This document shows positions 18,382 through 28,563 of a stretch of DNA of 64,000 bases, piece after piece (positions within the stretch are counted from its first letter, which is position 1; the number at the start of each line of letters is the position of its first letter). Location of the stretch: the NCBI RefSeq assembly GCF_024223415.1, contig NZ_CP100500.1. One strand, written 5' to 3'. The translations under genes were made by a program, and so were the position numbers. The stretch comes from Escherichia coli. Lineage in GTDB: Bacteria > Pseudomonadota > Gammaproteobacteria > Enterobacterales > Enterobacteriaceae. Under the pieces are notes generated by a model that saw only the letters and a program-made list of their open reading frames with translations, was not told where the DNA came from and searched no databases.

Positions 18382-18959
18382 ACGCGGAGCTTATGCGCCT
18401 TATCAGCAACATTATCAGAACCGGCGTGATTTTCGACGTGAACCCGCAGACCTGGGAGGTCCGGGTGCGCAGTGGCGGACTGGAGACAGGGTGGCTTCGC
18501 TGGAGCACCGCGCGGGCGGGCGCGTTCAGTGTCTGGGTGCCGCCAGCCACCGGTGAACAGGTGGCGTTCGTCTGTATCGGTGGTAATCCCGAAACCGCGA
18601 TAATCATCGGCAGCCTCTGGAGCGATGATATCCCGGCACCGGGCAGCACACTGAAGGAAATCATCATGACAGCACCGGACGGTGCGGTATTCCGCTACGA
18701 TGCAGACGCCGGTGCACTGGAGGTTAAGGGGATTAAAACAGCCAGCATTCAGGCCGACACGCGCATCACCCTGGACACGCCGGAGGTGGTGTGTACCCGC
18801 AAACTTATCACCGCCACCCTGGAGGTGCAGAACGGCGGCGAGATGCGCGGCAGCATATCCCACAGCGGCGGCAGCCTGACATCCAACGGTATCACCGTTC
18901 ATACGCACACCCACGGTGGCGTCAGGACGGGCCCGGGCACCACGGGAGGCCCGCAATGA
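18378..18959 (+). CDS. baseplate spike/assembly protein (P2 gpV-like, 193 aa)
   Basis: Position; Gly-rich C-terminus; ATGA overlaps. Confidence 0.65.
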   Translation: MNAELMRLISNIIRTGVIFDVNPQTWEVRVRSGGLETGWLRWSTARAGAFSVWVPPATGEQVAFVCIGGNPETAIIIGSLWSDDIPAPGSTLKEIIMTAPDGAVFRYDADAGALEVKGIKTASIQADTRITLDTPEVVCTRKLITATLEVQNGGEMRGSISHSGGSLTSNGITVHTHTHGGVRTGPGTTGGPQ

Positions 18960-19306
18960 CCGCTGTTTACAGGGGGATGAACCCGCAGGGAACCGGCACG
19001 CTGAGCGACAGCGAACACCTGAAAAACAGCGTGCGGGATATCCTGACCACACCGCCAGGCAGCCGGGTGATGCGCCGCGAATACGGCAGCCTGTTACCGG
19101 ACCTCATCGACGAGCCCATGAACGACACCACGCGTTTACAGTGCATGAGCGCCACGGTGACTGCGCTGGCGCGCCATGAACCCCGTATAGCACTGCAGAA
19201 CGTCGATGTGAACTGGCGGGCTGGCGGACGCGCCGTGGTGACGTTATCCGGCATCATCACCGAAACCATGCAGAACATCACATTCAGTATCACCATAAGG
19301 GAGTAA
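18956..19306 (+). CDS. baseplate protein (P2 gpW-like, 116 aa)
   Basis: Position and size. Confidence 0.65.
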   Translation: MTAVYRGMNPQGTGTLSDSEHLKNSVRDILTTPPGSRVMRREYGSLLPDLIDEPMNDTTRLQCMSATVTALARHEPRIALQNVDVNWRAGGRAVVTLSGIITETMQNITFSITIRE

Positions 19307-19309
19307 ATC

Positions 19310-20206
19310 ATGCCTTCCGTTGACCTGTCACAGTTACCGGAACCGGCCATCATCGCGCAGCCGGATTTTGAGTCCATCCTGGCAGACATTAAAACCATGA
19401 TGGTGAGCTCCTTCCCGGAAGAATACCGCGCCGCCGTCACCCGTGCCCTTACTCTGGAATCCGAGCCATTGAACATCATTTCCCAGGCCATGGCCTTTCG
19501 TGAAATGCTGCTTCGCCAGCGCATCAATGAAGCCGCCCGCGCCTGCATGCTCAGCCACAGCCGGGGCAGTGACCTGGACAATCTGGCCGCCAACAACAAC
19601 ACCCGCCGCCTGGTCATTCATCCGGCCACTGATACCACGGAAGCAGTGATGGAAAGCGACACATCGCTGCGTCTGCGTGCCCAGTCAGCCTGGGACGGCC
19701 TGAGTGTGGCCGGACCGTCCGGCGCGTATGAGTATTTTGCCCGGAGCGCAAGCGGTCTTGTCCGTGATGCGCGCGCCATCAGCCCTTCACCGGCCACAGT
19801 CACCGTCTCCATCCTGTCAGCAGACGGTGACGGCACCGCCGGTGAGGCGCTACTGAACACGGTGCGCACCGCCCTGAATGCCGAGAACGTGCGCCCGGTT
19901 GCCGACCGCCTGACTGTGCAGAGTGCTACCATCGTGAACTGGGTAATGGAAGCGAAGCTGTATTTTTATCCAGGGCCGGAGTCTGAACCCATGCTTGCGG
20001 CCGCTGACGCCGCTTTCCGTGCATGGCTGGCAGACCAGGGCCGTATCGGTCAGGACGTGGCCCTGTCAGCCATCACTGCAGCGCTGCATGTTCACGGTGT
20101 CCAGCGCGTTGAGGTCATAAAACCCACGCAGAACATCACCATCAGTGACACTCAGGCAGCCAGATGTACCACATTCAGCATCAGCGAAGGAGGACGCAAT
20201 GAGTGA
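19310..20206 (+). CDS. baseplate protein (P2 gpJ-like, 298 aa)
   Basis: Position and size. Confidence 0.7.
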   Translation: MPSVDLSQLPEPAIIAQPDFESILADIKTMMVSSFPEEYRAAVTRALTLESEPLNIISQAMAFREMLLRQRINEAARACMLSHSRGSDLDNLAANNNTRRLVIHPATDTTEAVMESDTSLRLRAQSAWDGLSVAGPSGAYEYFARSASGLVRDARAISPSPATVTVSILSADGDGTAGEALLNTVRTALNAENVRPVADRLTVQSATIVNWVMEAKLYFYPGPESEPMLAAADAAFRAWLADQGRIGQDVALSAITAALHVHGVQRVEVIKPTQNITISDTQAARCTTFSISEGGRNE

Positions 20207-20762
20207 CAGGAAAAAAACAGACAGCGCACAGCACAGTACATCACTGCTTCCACCGTCCGCAGGGCCATTCATGCGCGCCACAGAGGCGACAGGAGTACGC
20301 ATCAGTACCATACCGGTGGACGCCGACACCCTGTGGTCGCCGGACCGCTGCCCTGCTCACCTCCTGCCCTACCTTGCATGGGCATGTTCCGTTGACAGCT
20401 GGGACCGCAACTGGCCGGAAGAGACCAGGCGACAGGTGATTCGGGACGCATGGATGATACATCGCCACAAAGGGACCATCAGTGCACTCCGCCGCATCGT
20501 TGAACCACTGGGCTACCTCATCCGTGTATCAGAATGGTGGGAGTTTGACGGCTCGCCCGGGACCTTCACCATTGAGATTGGCACACTTGAAACCGGAGTA
20601 AGTGAAGAGCTGCATGAAGAAATGGAGCGTCTGATTGCCGATGCGCGCCCCGTCAGCCGCCACCTCGTGGGGCTTAGTATCATCCAGGAAATACACGGTG
20701 CCATTTACGCCGCTGCCGCAGGTTACGACGGCGACATCATCACCATTTACCCGGAAGACTGA
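20199..20762 (+). CDS. baseplate/tail-fibre-associated protein (P2 gpI-like)
   Basis: Position; start overlaps the gpJ stop. Confidence 0.65.
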   Translation: MSDRKKTDSAQHSTSLLPPSAGPFMRATEATGVRISTIPVDADTLWSPDRCPAHLLPYLAWACSVDSWDRNWPEETRRQVIRDAWMIHRHKGTISALRRIVEPLGYLIRVSEWWEFDGSPGTFTIEIGTLETGVSEELHEEMERLIADARPVSRHLVGLSIIQEIHGAIYAAAAGYDGDIITIYPED

Positions 20763-20765
20763 ACC

Positions 20766-22778
20766 ATGAGCACGAGAAAATTCAGAACCCTTATCACCGA
20801 CATCGGGCTGGCAAAGCTGGCCGCAACAACGGCGCCTGGCGGTAGACCTGTACGCCTTACGCACATGGCTGTAGGGGACGGCAATGGAGAGCTTCGTCAG
20901 CCGCAGAAAAACCAGACATCGCTTTACAATGAGGTTTGGCGCCAGTCTGTCAACCGCGTCTTCACCGACCCGGAGAACCCGAACCGCCTCATCGCCGAAC
21001 TGGTCATTCCTCCTGAAACCGGCGGATTCTGGGTGCGTGAAATTGGTGTGTTTGATGATACAGGTACAATGATTGCAGTAGGAAATACCGCTGAAAGTTA
21101 CAAGCCCACCAGAGAGGAAGGTTCAGGGCGGGCGCAGATATTCCGTGCAGTAATCACCGTCACCTCCGACGCCGTGGTGGAACTGGTCATGGACACAACA
21201 ACAATTCTGCCGACCACGGACTACATTGATGAGAAAATGGCGGAACACGCACGTTCCCGTAACCACCCTGACGCGACACTGACAGAAAAAGGATTCACCC
21301 AACTGAGCAGTGCCACAAACAGCAATTCCGAAACACTGGCGGCCACACCAAGAGCCGTCAAGGCTGCATATGACCTTGCAGCCGGTAAAGCACCCGCCAG
21401 CCACACCCACCCGTGGAATCAGATAACAGGTGTGCCATCAGCCTCGCTGACGGCAAAAGGCACCGTACAGCTGAGCAGTGCCACAAACAGTGAGTCAGAG
21501 ACTGAGGCCGCCACCCCCAAAGCGGTTAAAGCCTTACACGATATGCTGACGAGCAAGTATACAGGACAGGATGCAACCACCGGACGCAAAGGCATCGTGC
21601 AGCTGAGCAGCGCCACAAACAGCAATTCCGAAACGCTGGCGGCCACACCAAGAGCCGTCAAGGCTGCATATGACCTTGCAGCCGGTAAAGCACCCGCCAG
21701 CCACACCCACCCGTGGAATCAGATAACAGGTGTGCCATCAGCCTCGCTGACGGCAAAAGGCACCGTACAGCTGAGCAGTGCCACAAACAGTGAGTCAGAG
21801 ACTGAGGCCGCCACCCCCAAAGCGGTTAAAGCCTTACACGATATGCTGACGAGCAAGTATACAGGACAGGATGCAACCACCGGACGCAAAGGCATCGTGC
21901 AGCTGAGCAGCGCCACAAACAGCAATTCCGAAACGCTGGCGGCCACACCAAGAGCCGTCAAGGCTGCATATGACCTTGCAGCCGGTAAAGCACCCGCCAG
22001 CCACACCCATCCGTGGAATCAGATAACAGGTGTTCCATCAGCCTCGCTGACGGCAAAAGGTACCGTACAGCTTAGCAGTGCCACAAACAGCAATTCCGAA
22101 ACGCTGGCGGCCACACCAAGAGCTGTTAAAGCTGCGTATGACCTTGCCAACAGCAAAGCCGCGGCAGCCCACACTCATCGCTGGGCTCAGATCACAGACG
22201 CCCCTGTTTTTTCGTCTGTTGCCCGCGTCATCATGGGTAAACAAAGCATAAAAGATATTCTTGATTACCTTGGTTTAGGAGAAGGCTCGACGCTGCCAGT
22301 TGGCGTACCCGTTCCGTGGCCTTCGTCAAGACCACCTGAAGGGTGGTTACAGTGCAATGGTGCCGCATTCACGCGTACAAAATACCCAAAACTGGCAGTG
22401 GCCTACCCTGACCTAAGGCTACCAGATTTGCGCGGGGAATTTATTCGTGGATGGGATGACCTGCGAATGATTGACAGGGGACGCTTATTGTTATCCACAC
22501 AGGAAGCAACATATATTTGTACCGCCATACAGGCGTACCACGGCGTAGCGGGAGGTGCAGATATTCAGGCAGGGATTTCATTTGCATCACATGATAACGA
22601 CATCATAAACATAACCCCTGATCAACCCAGAACCGGTAACGGCATCCTGTACGGCAGAAAACCAGTTGACAGATGGGCAATAGCCAGAGCCGGTAAGCTG
22701 GTGAGTAATGAAAAAGACAGATGGATAGCGATCAGACCGCGCAATATCGCTTTTAATTATATTGTGAGGGCAGTTTAA
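20766..22778 (+). CDS. tail fibre protein (P2 gpH-like, 670 aa) with internally repeated shaft
   Basis: Repeated QLSSATNSxSETxAATPxAVKA motifs and a distinct C-terminal domain. Confidence 0.8.
   Translation: MSTRKFRTLITDIGLAKLAATTAPGGRPVRLTHMAVGDGNGELRQPQKNQTSLYNEVWRQSVNRVFTDPENPNRLIAELVIPPETGGFWVREIGVFDDTGTMIAVGNTAESYKPTREEGSGRAQIFRAVITVTSDAVVELVMDTTTILPTTDYIDEKMAEHARSRNHPDATLTEKGFTQLSSATNSNSETLAATPRAVKAAYDLAAGKAPASHTHPWNQITGVPSASLTAKGTVQLSSATNSESETEAATPKAVKALHDMLTSKYTGQDATTGRKGIVQLSSATNSNSETLAATPRAVKAAYDLAAGKAPASHTHPWNQITGVPSASLTAKGTVQLSSATNSESETEAATPKAVKALHDMLTSKYTGQDATTGRKGIVQLSSATNSNSETLAATPRAVKAAYDLAAGKAPASHTHPWNQITGVPSASLTAKGTVQLSSATNSNSETLAATPRAVKAAYDLANSKAAAAHTHRWAQITDAPVFSSVARVIMGKQSIKDILDYLGLGEGSTLPVGVPVPWPSSRPPEGWLQCNGAAFTRTKYPKLAVAYPDLRLPDLRGEFIRGWDDLRMIDRGRLLLSTQEATYICTAIQAYHGVAGGADIQAGISFASHDNDIINITPDQPRTGNGILYGRKPVDRWAIARAGKLVSNEKDRWIAIRPRNIAFNYIVRAV
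21296..22140 (+). repeat. near-perfect 300-bp tandem repeats (about 2.8 copies) inside tail-fibre gene H
   Basis: 21421-21600 is identical to 21721-21900 and 21601-21720 is identical to 21901-22020 as printed; in-frame (100 aa per unit). Confidence 0.85.
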
Positions 22779-23389
22779 TGAGTAACACTGCAGTTCTGGA
22801 TGAAAACGGTATCGCCACTTTCGCAGGCGATATCACTGTATATCACTATGATGAGGAAACCCGGGAATACACCTCATCCTCTGTGGAGTATCTGGCCCTG
22901 GGGGTGGGTACCCCGGCACATTCATGCGCCGATGCCCCGCCAGAGGCAATGCCGGGTTACGTGATTTGCCGGACGTCCACGCTGGACGGGTGGGAGTATG
23001 TCCCCGATCATCGTGGAGAGACGGTATACAGCACAGAGAACGGTAATCCGGTCCAGATTACCCAACCAGGTGACTACCCGGAAGGGACAACGACAAAACA
23101 GCCTGCCACACCATGGGATACCTGGAACGGTGAGGCGTGGGTAACCGATACAGAACGGCAGCAAGCCGAAGAGCTGGAGGTTACCAGACAGCAACGCCAG
23201 GAACGGGTGGATCAGGCGATGAAGTCCATCGACCTCATCAACCTTAAGTTGCGGGCAGGTCGCAGTCTGACACCAGAAGAAACGGCAAAACTGAATGCCG
23301 TGCTGGATTATATCGACGAGCTGAACGCACTGGATATCAGCACGGGGCCTGAAATAACCTGGCCGGAAACACCACCAGGAATGGAATGA
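22778..23389 (+). CDS. tail fibre assembly chaperone (P2 gpG-like, 203 aa)
   Basis: Position immediately after H with overlapping stop/start. Confidence 0.6.
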   Translation: MSNTAVLDENGIATFAGDITVYHYDEETREYTSSSVEYLALGVGTPAHSCADAPPEAMPGYVICRTSTLDGWEYVPDHRGETVYSTENGNPVQITQPGDYPEGTTTKQPATPWDTWNGEAWVTDTERQQAEELEVTRQQRQERVDQAMKSIDLINLKLRAGRSLTPEETAKLNAVLDYIDELNALDISTGPEITWPETPPGME

Positions 23390-23459
23390 GCGGGGAAAAG
23401 GAACGGGCATTCATAAATAATTCATCATGCAGGTGCCGCAAGAATGCGGCACATTACCT

Positions 23460-23948
23460 TCACATCAGATCATTTACGCCGCTTACTGTGGTATTCCAGA
23501 CCGAACTTAACTTCCCTTTCATTCCCGAAAGCATATCAGACACCGGCGACGAGGCCATACTCTCCCGCAAATCCTCATCACAGCGTTCCAGACTGACAGT
23601 GAACTCAATTTTTTTGGCCTTACCGTGGCGGTCAAGTTCGCTTCGCGTTGTGCGGACAGCCGTTATCACATACATGCCGTATATCTGCCCCACACCGTCA
23701 ATCAGCGGCCATGGGCGACCAGTGTAAGCCTGCGTCGTTAAAAGGCTGAGGGAAACCTCACCGCCGGTAATTTCGGGATAAAGCACACCGGACAACGTGA
23801 TCTGGTCGTCACCCGCCCCGATATACTGCCAGCTGGCCGAACGATTGATGCGTTCATTTTTAACGTGGCGCCAGGTTTTATTATGTTGCAGTTGTTGATG
23901 AGGCAGCGTACGCAACTCAAAAACAAACATGCCGTAAATCATCATCAT
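23460..23948 (-). CDS. tail protein U (P2 gpU-like, 162 aa)
   Basis: MMMIYGMFVFELRT...WRH...NRS...TLSGVL...TGG closely resembles the P2 gpU N-terminus. Confidence 0.75.
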   Translation of the reverse strand: MMMIYGMFVFELRTLPHQQLQHNKTWRHVKNERINRSASWQYIGAGDDQITLSGVLYPEITGGEVSLSLLTTQAYTGRPWPLIDGVGQIYGMYVITAVRTTRSELDRHGKAKKIEFTVSLERCDEDLRESMASSPVSDMLSGMKGKLSSVWNTTVSGVNDLM

Positions 23949-23959
23949 GCGAGGTACTC

Positions 23960-26900
23960 CTAATCTCTGTCACGGAAACTACCGACTGTCTGGCGGATAC
24001 GGCGTTCCATTTCCGCACGGACGGCATCACCCACCATTTTTGCCAGTTCGCGCGGGTTTTGCGTGTGAACATCATGCAGGTGAATATGCAGTTCGCCAGT
24101 TAATCCCCATGGTGCCGGATCACTCTGACGCGGTCGGGGCGATGCGGGGGATATGGGCTGGCGTACAGCCTCAACCACCGGACGGGATGTTGCCGTTACG
24201 ACGGGTGTCATTACCGGCGCAATATTGCCGGACACGACCGGTTTAATTACCGGGGAGAGCGTCGGTATAACATCGCCAGCCATAACCGGTTTGATCGCTG
24301 GCGAAATAACCGGAGCAACAGACTCAGCCATGACGGAACTGACAGGCTGAGGCGCTCTCACTATGCCAGCATCGATAACCAGCATGAGCTCGCGTACTGC
24401 CTCAAGGACAGGACGGGATATTGCCGCCATCACTGGTGTCATTAGCGGGGAGAACGTCGGCATGACATCGTGAGTCATAACCGGTTTGATCACCGGCGAA
24501 ACCACCGGCGTAATATTACCGGACAGTACCGGACGGACGACCGGAGGAATAACCGGCACATTATTCACGGACACCACCGGCTTCACGACCGGCGACACGT
24601 TCGCCGTGGTGGATATCAGCGGCGAAACACTGACAGGCGGTGGCGCTGGCAGCGGTGGCAACGAAGGCACACTGACCGACGGCACCTGCGGCAGTCTGAC
24701 AGGTGGCTCACTGACACTACCCGGTAACAGGGAAGCTGCGCGGTTAAAGCGTTCCTCCTTCCACTCACCACGAACGGCCAGCGCTTCCGGCAGGTTTTTA
24801 AAGATAATATCGCCGGGACCAGTGCGTTTTTTCGCCTGTTTCGCCTCATCCAGCAGACCACCGGTGTTATCGACGATTTTGTTCAGGCGGCGCATAGTGC
24901 CGGTATTCTCCCCCGTCAGGGGTGGTTGCCCCCCTTTGGGTTTTTCGCCGTCTTTTTTATCCTCGTCCTTTTTCGGCGGATTAATGACGTTAACATCCGC
25001 CAGAAGCATGGCAGCTTTCTCGTTCAGCAACTCCTTCTGTTTTAGTTCTTCCGCCTTTTTCCGGGCGCGCTCAACCGCCGACGGAATCAGCCCGAGTTTT
25101 TCCAGCACCCGGGTTAATGAGTCAATCAGCAGCGTAACCGGACCGGTCACCAGATTGCTGATAAACTCCCCGACCTTCTGCCCGAACGTACGCCCGGCTT
25201 CCGTGCACTTGTCCAGCTCATCCTTTGTTGTGCTTACCGGCGCGAACAAATCCACGAACCACTGCCACACACGCCCGATTGTCTGCCCGACATACTCAAA
25301 CAGCGGTCCCAGTGGTGCCACAGCCTCGCGCAGTGGCGTAAGCCCCTGCCACAGGCCGGACAAGAACCCGCCCACGACAGCCTTCAGCTGGTCCCAGTGC
25401 CGCCAGATAAGCACTGCCGCACCGACCAGTGTCGCCACCACAAGGCCCACCGGACTTAACAGAAAACCCAGCGCCCCGCCAAGTGCGCCCACCGCACCAC
25501 TCACCATCCCCCACAGTGCGGGCAGACCTGACAGTCTGAGCGCCAGTATTCCGATACCGCGCCCCAGTGAAATCAGTGCGCCGCCAGGTGAAGTGAACGC
25601 AGCCAGCAGACCACCACGCAGCGTACCGAGTAGTCCGCGCACGCCACGAAGCCGGACCGCAAGCCGTCCCGCACCGGTATCAAGACCGGCAAACAGCACA
25701 CGCCAGCCGCCAATACCACTCATCGACCCACCGAGTACGCCGCGCAGCTGCGTCAGTAACGGCAGCGCACGACCGAGGCCGGATGTGCCGGTCAGCAGGG
25801 CAAAACCAAGACGCAGTTTTGCCAGCGGCCCCAGCAACACGCCGGTAGCCAGTGACAGCGCCCCCGTGGCCGCAACCGCAGCCAGCAGTGCACCACCGGC
25901 AATCAGCAGTTGTTTTGTCAGTTCAGGGTGCGCCTGAGCCAGCGCGGTGACTTTCGCAATAACCCGGGTGAACGACTGCGTGACAGAACGCAGCGGCCCG
26001 TCAACGAGGTCAGCGACACGGATACGCAGCCCTTCCCATGCGCTGTTCAGTGATTTCAGGTCGCCGTCCAGGTTGTCCGCCATGATTCTGGCGTTTTCTT
26101 CCAGTTCGCCGTTGGCTGCCTGAATCTCACGCGTCAGGCGCGGCAGGTTTTTTTCGCCTGCCTGTTCAACCAGGCTCATCAGGGAGACATACGCCTCCTG
26201 ACCGGCAATATCTGAAAAGAACGAGACTTTTGCCGCGTTACCGTATTTACGGGTGGCCTGATACAGCTCATACAGGATATCTTCCATCGGGCGCATGTTC
26301 CCGTAAGCATCCTGCGTTTCCACGCCCAGCTGTTTCAGCGCCTTTGCTGCCGCTTTAGGCGGGTTCACAAGGCGGGACAGACTGGAGCGCAGCGCCGTAC
26401 CAGCATCACTGCCACGTATCCCCATCGACCCAAGCAACCCGGTCATGGCTGCGGTCTGTTCAAGAGACAGACCGAGTGAGGCGGCGACCGGTCCCGTATA
26501 TTTCATCGTCTCACCAAGCCCGCGCAGGTCGGTATTGGTGCGGGTGAACGTTGCGGCCAGCGTGTCACCCACGCGGTTCATCTGGTCGGCAGACAACCCG
26601 AACTGTGTAAGGATATTTGAGCTGATATCGGCCGTCTGACCGAGGTCCATGCCGCTGGCCGTTGCCAGATTCAGCACGCCGGGAAGAGCCGCCTGTATCG
26701 CCTGCGGCGTGAACCCCGCCATGGCAAGGAACGCCTGACCGCTGGCAGCATCACCTGCGGTAAACTGCGTTTCGGAGCCGAGTTTAAGCGCCTGTTCGCG
26801 CAGCGCCTTAAACTGCGGACTGTTTTTGTCAATACGGGTCAGCGCCTGGACGCGCGACATCTCCTTACCAAAACTGACCGCCGGTTGCAGGAAACGCCCG

Positions 26901-27517
26901 GCCGCATAGCCACCTGCCGCTGCCGTGCCGACTGCCGTAAATCCACCCGCTTTCAGTTTTCCCGCCATCTCCTGAGCGCGGAAATATTGCTGGCGTGCCT
27001 GCGTGACGCGTGCCAGAGTCTGCCGTTCACGTTCCAGCTGTTCGTTGTATTGCTGTGTTCGCCGTATGGCCTGTTGAATGGTGTTGTCACTGCCGGAAAG
27101 CGCAATACCGTGACGCCGCAGCTCACCACCCAGTTCGCGCATTCGCTGAACTTCACGCGCACGGACCTCATTGAGACGCTCAAGTTTGAGGCTCAAATCG
27201 TTCATCAGCTTTTTCTGTTTGTCAGACAGCACGGTTCCGGCGCGCTGAATTTGCTGAAGTGCGCTTAACTGGCGTTGTGCCCGGGCAATGCCGTTTCCGG
27301 CCTTGTTTGCAGCCTCGCGGGCGCGATCAAATGAACGGGCGTGGCGTTCCAGGTTTTTGATCGCACCCTGCGTTCTCTGTATGGAGTCGCCAAGCTGGCC
27401 CATCATGCGACGGGCGTTTTCGGTGGGACGGGTCAGCCTGTCAACAGCGCTGAAGGCGACCCGTATATCAAGCGTTTTCATGCTCTGCGTTCCCGCTGCG
27501 AAGGGCCGCCCGCTCAC
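23960..27517 (-). CDS. tail tape measure protein (P2 gpT-like, 1185 aa) with C-terminal Pro/Val-rich repeat extension
   Basis: Long helical/Gly-rich ORF between E and U; C-terminal about 200 aa made of PVxxP-type repeats. Confidence 0.85.
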   Translation of the reverse strand: MSGRPFAAGTQSMKTLDIRVAFSAVDRLTRPTENARRMMGQLGDSIQRTQGAIKNLERHARSFDRAREAANKAGNGIARAQRQLSALQQIQRAGTVLSDKQKKLMNDLSLKLERLNEVRAREVQRMRELGGELRRHGIALSGSDNTIQQAIRRTQQYNEQLERERQTLARVTQARQQYFRAQEMAGKLKAGGFTAVGTAAAGGYAAGRFLQPAVSFGKEMSRVQALTRIDKNSPQFKALREQALKLGSETQFTAGDAASGQAFLAMAGFTPQAIQAALPGVLNLATASGMDLGQTADISSNILTQFGLSADQMNRVGDTLAATFTRTNTDLRGLGETMKYTGPVAASLGLSLEQTAAMTGLLGSMGIRGSDAGTALRSSLSRLVNPPKAAAKALKQLGVETQDAYGNMRPMEDILYELYQATRKYGNAAKVSFFSDIAGQEAYVSLMSLVEQAGEKNLPRLTREIQAANGELEENARIMADNLDGDLKSLNSAWEGLRIRVADLVDGPLRSVTQSFTRVIAKVTALAQAHPELTKQLLIAGGALLAAVAATGALSLATGVLLGPLAKLRLGFALLTGTSGLGRALPLLTQLRGVLGGSMSGIGGWRVLFAGLDTGAGRLAVRLRGVRGLLGTLRGGLLAAFTSPGGALISLGRGIGILALRLSGLPALWGMVSGAVGALGGALGFLLSPVGLVVATLVGAAVLIWRHWDQLKAVVGGFLSGLWQGLTPLREAVAPLGPLFEYVGQTIGRVWQWFVDLFAPVSTTKDELDKCTEAGRTFGQKVGEFISNLVTGPVTLLIDSLTRVLEKLGLIPSAVERARKKAEELKQKELLNEKAAMLLADVNVINPPKKDEDKKDGEKPKGGQPPLTGENTGTMRRLNKIVDNTGGLLDEAKQAKKRTGPGDIIFKNLPEALAVRGEWKEERFNRAASLLPGSVSEPPVRLPQVPSVSVPSLPPLPAPPPVSVSPLISTTANVSPVVKPVVSVNNVPVIPPVVRPVLSGNITPVVSPVIKPVMTHDVMPTFSPLMTPVMAAISRPVLEAVRELMLVIDAGIVRAPQPVSSVMAESVAPVISPAIKPVMAGDVIPTLSPVIKPVVSGNIAPVMTPVVTATSRPVVEAVRQPISPASPRPRQSDPAPWGLTGELHIHLHDVHTQNPRELAKMVGDAVRAEMERRIRQTVGSFRDRD

Positions 27518-27631
27518 GCCAGGCGACCACCTCGCCGGGATCCATCAGGAAGATTTCAGCGGGAGACCAGTTGAAAATAACGGCGATATCCGCCACAAAG
27601 TCTTCAATATGCTCAAAGGGCACGACGGTTA

Positions 27632-27994
27632 TCAGCCTGCCGTCGCCGCCACGCTCTTCCCGCCAGAGTCCTGACCGGCCAAAAAATTAACCGCCACCCC
27701 GCACAGCTGAATAAAATCAGCGGACCCCATGCGCTTAAGCAGAACCTCGTCCAGTCGCGGCGAAGTGACGCGCGGGAGTAACTCAAACATCGCGTCCGTT
27801 TTCATGTTCAGCACGTCAAGCAGTGACAGCCCGCGCAGTGAACCGGCCTGCTGTACAGCAGGCGTGATTTCCACATACGTGATTTTTTTGTTACCGAGCA
27901 CAAGGGGCGTTTTCAGCGTCACGCCGCGCTCACTGGTCACGTCCGCCGCATCAGCACCGTCAGTAACAGGGGCAACAACCGGATTTTCTTTCAT
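27632..27994 (-). CDS. tail assembly chaperone (P2 gpE-like); E' presumably made by -1 frameshift
   Basis: Position between tail tube and tape measure genes; TTTTTTG heptamer near the 3' end. Confidence 0.65.
   Translation of the reverse strand: MKENPVVAPVTDGADAADVTSERGVTLKTPLVLGNKKITYVEITPAVQQAGSLRGLSLLDVLNMKTDAMFELLPRVTSPRLDEVLLKRMGSADFIQLCGVAVNFLAGQDSGGKSVAATAG
27680..27686 (-). other. slippery heptamer T_TTT_TTG for programmed -1 frameshift (E/E' chaperone)
   Basis: Reverse complement of CAAAAAA at 27680-27686 lies in-frame at ...NFLAGQ... near the end of gpE. Confidence 0.55.
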
Positions 27995-28044
27995 GCATAA
28001 AACCTCAAATCAGGGGGCGACGCCACGCGCCGCCGTGGAAAACA

Positions 28045-28563
28045 TTAACCACCAAGACCAATCGCCGAGCGCACGCGGTCCGGGAAGACGCTTTTGCCGT
28101 CCTTGCGTTCGATGTGGTTCAGTAAATCAATCTCCAGCACCGGACGGTCGTTAATGCTGAGTTTGTAGTAGGTACTTTTGACCGCATAGGTGTGAGACGT
28201 GACCTCACCCTGTTTGGCCTCCCCGGTATCAATTTCCGTCACGCGACCGCGAAGCTCAATCTCGTACAGGTCACTCTGTTCTTCATCGTTGTAGTACTCA
28301 CCGACAAAGCGCAGCAGCGTACCGTCAATCGTTCCGCCGTACTTGAGGAACAGTTCGCGGGTCGGCCCGCCCATGGTGAAACTCGCATCCAGCGCGCCGT
28401 CATCCAGGCCAAGGTCGATATTTACTGCACCGGCCATACCACCACCGCGATAGGCTTCCGTTTTACGGGTCAGTTTGGGGGCCGTGAAGCCGGTCACTCT
28501 GCCAATCTGGTTCACCCCGTCAGTAAACAGCGTGAACACCCTGAGATTTTTTGGTACGGCCAT
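28045..28563 (-). CDS. tail tube protein (P2 gpFII-like, 172 aa)
   Basis: Position and size downstream of sheath gene. Confidence 0.75.
   Translation of the reverse strand: MAVPKNLRVFTLFTDGVNQIGRVTGFTAPKLTRKTEAYRGGGMAGAVNIDLGLDDGALDASFTMGGPTRELFLKYGGTIDGTLLRFVGEYYNDEEQSDLYEIELRGRVTEIDTGEAKQGEVTSHTYAVKSTYYKLSINDRPVLEIDLLNHIERKDGKSVFPDRVRSAIGLGG

Noticed and set aside
21419-22006. Two identical 95-aa minus-strand ORFs
   Set aside because: Artefacts of the 300-bp tandem repeat read on the antisense strand of tail-fibre gene H.
24486-25937. 483-aa plus-strand ORF, Ser/Pro/Thr-rich
   Set aside because: Lies entirely antisense within the tape-measure gene, is low-complexity and has no ribosome-binding site; shadow ORF of a GC-rich repeat region.
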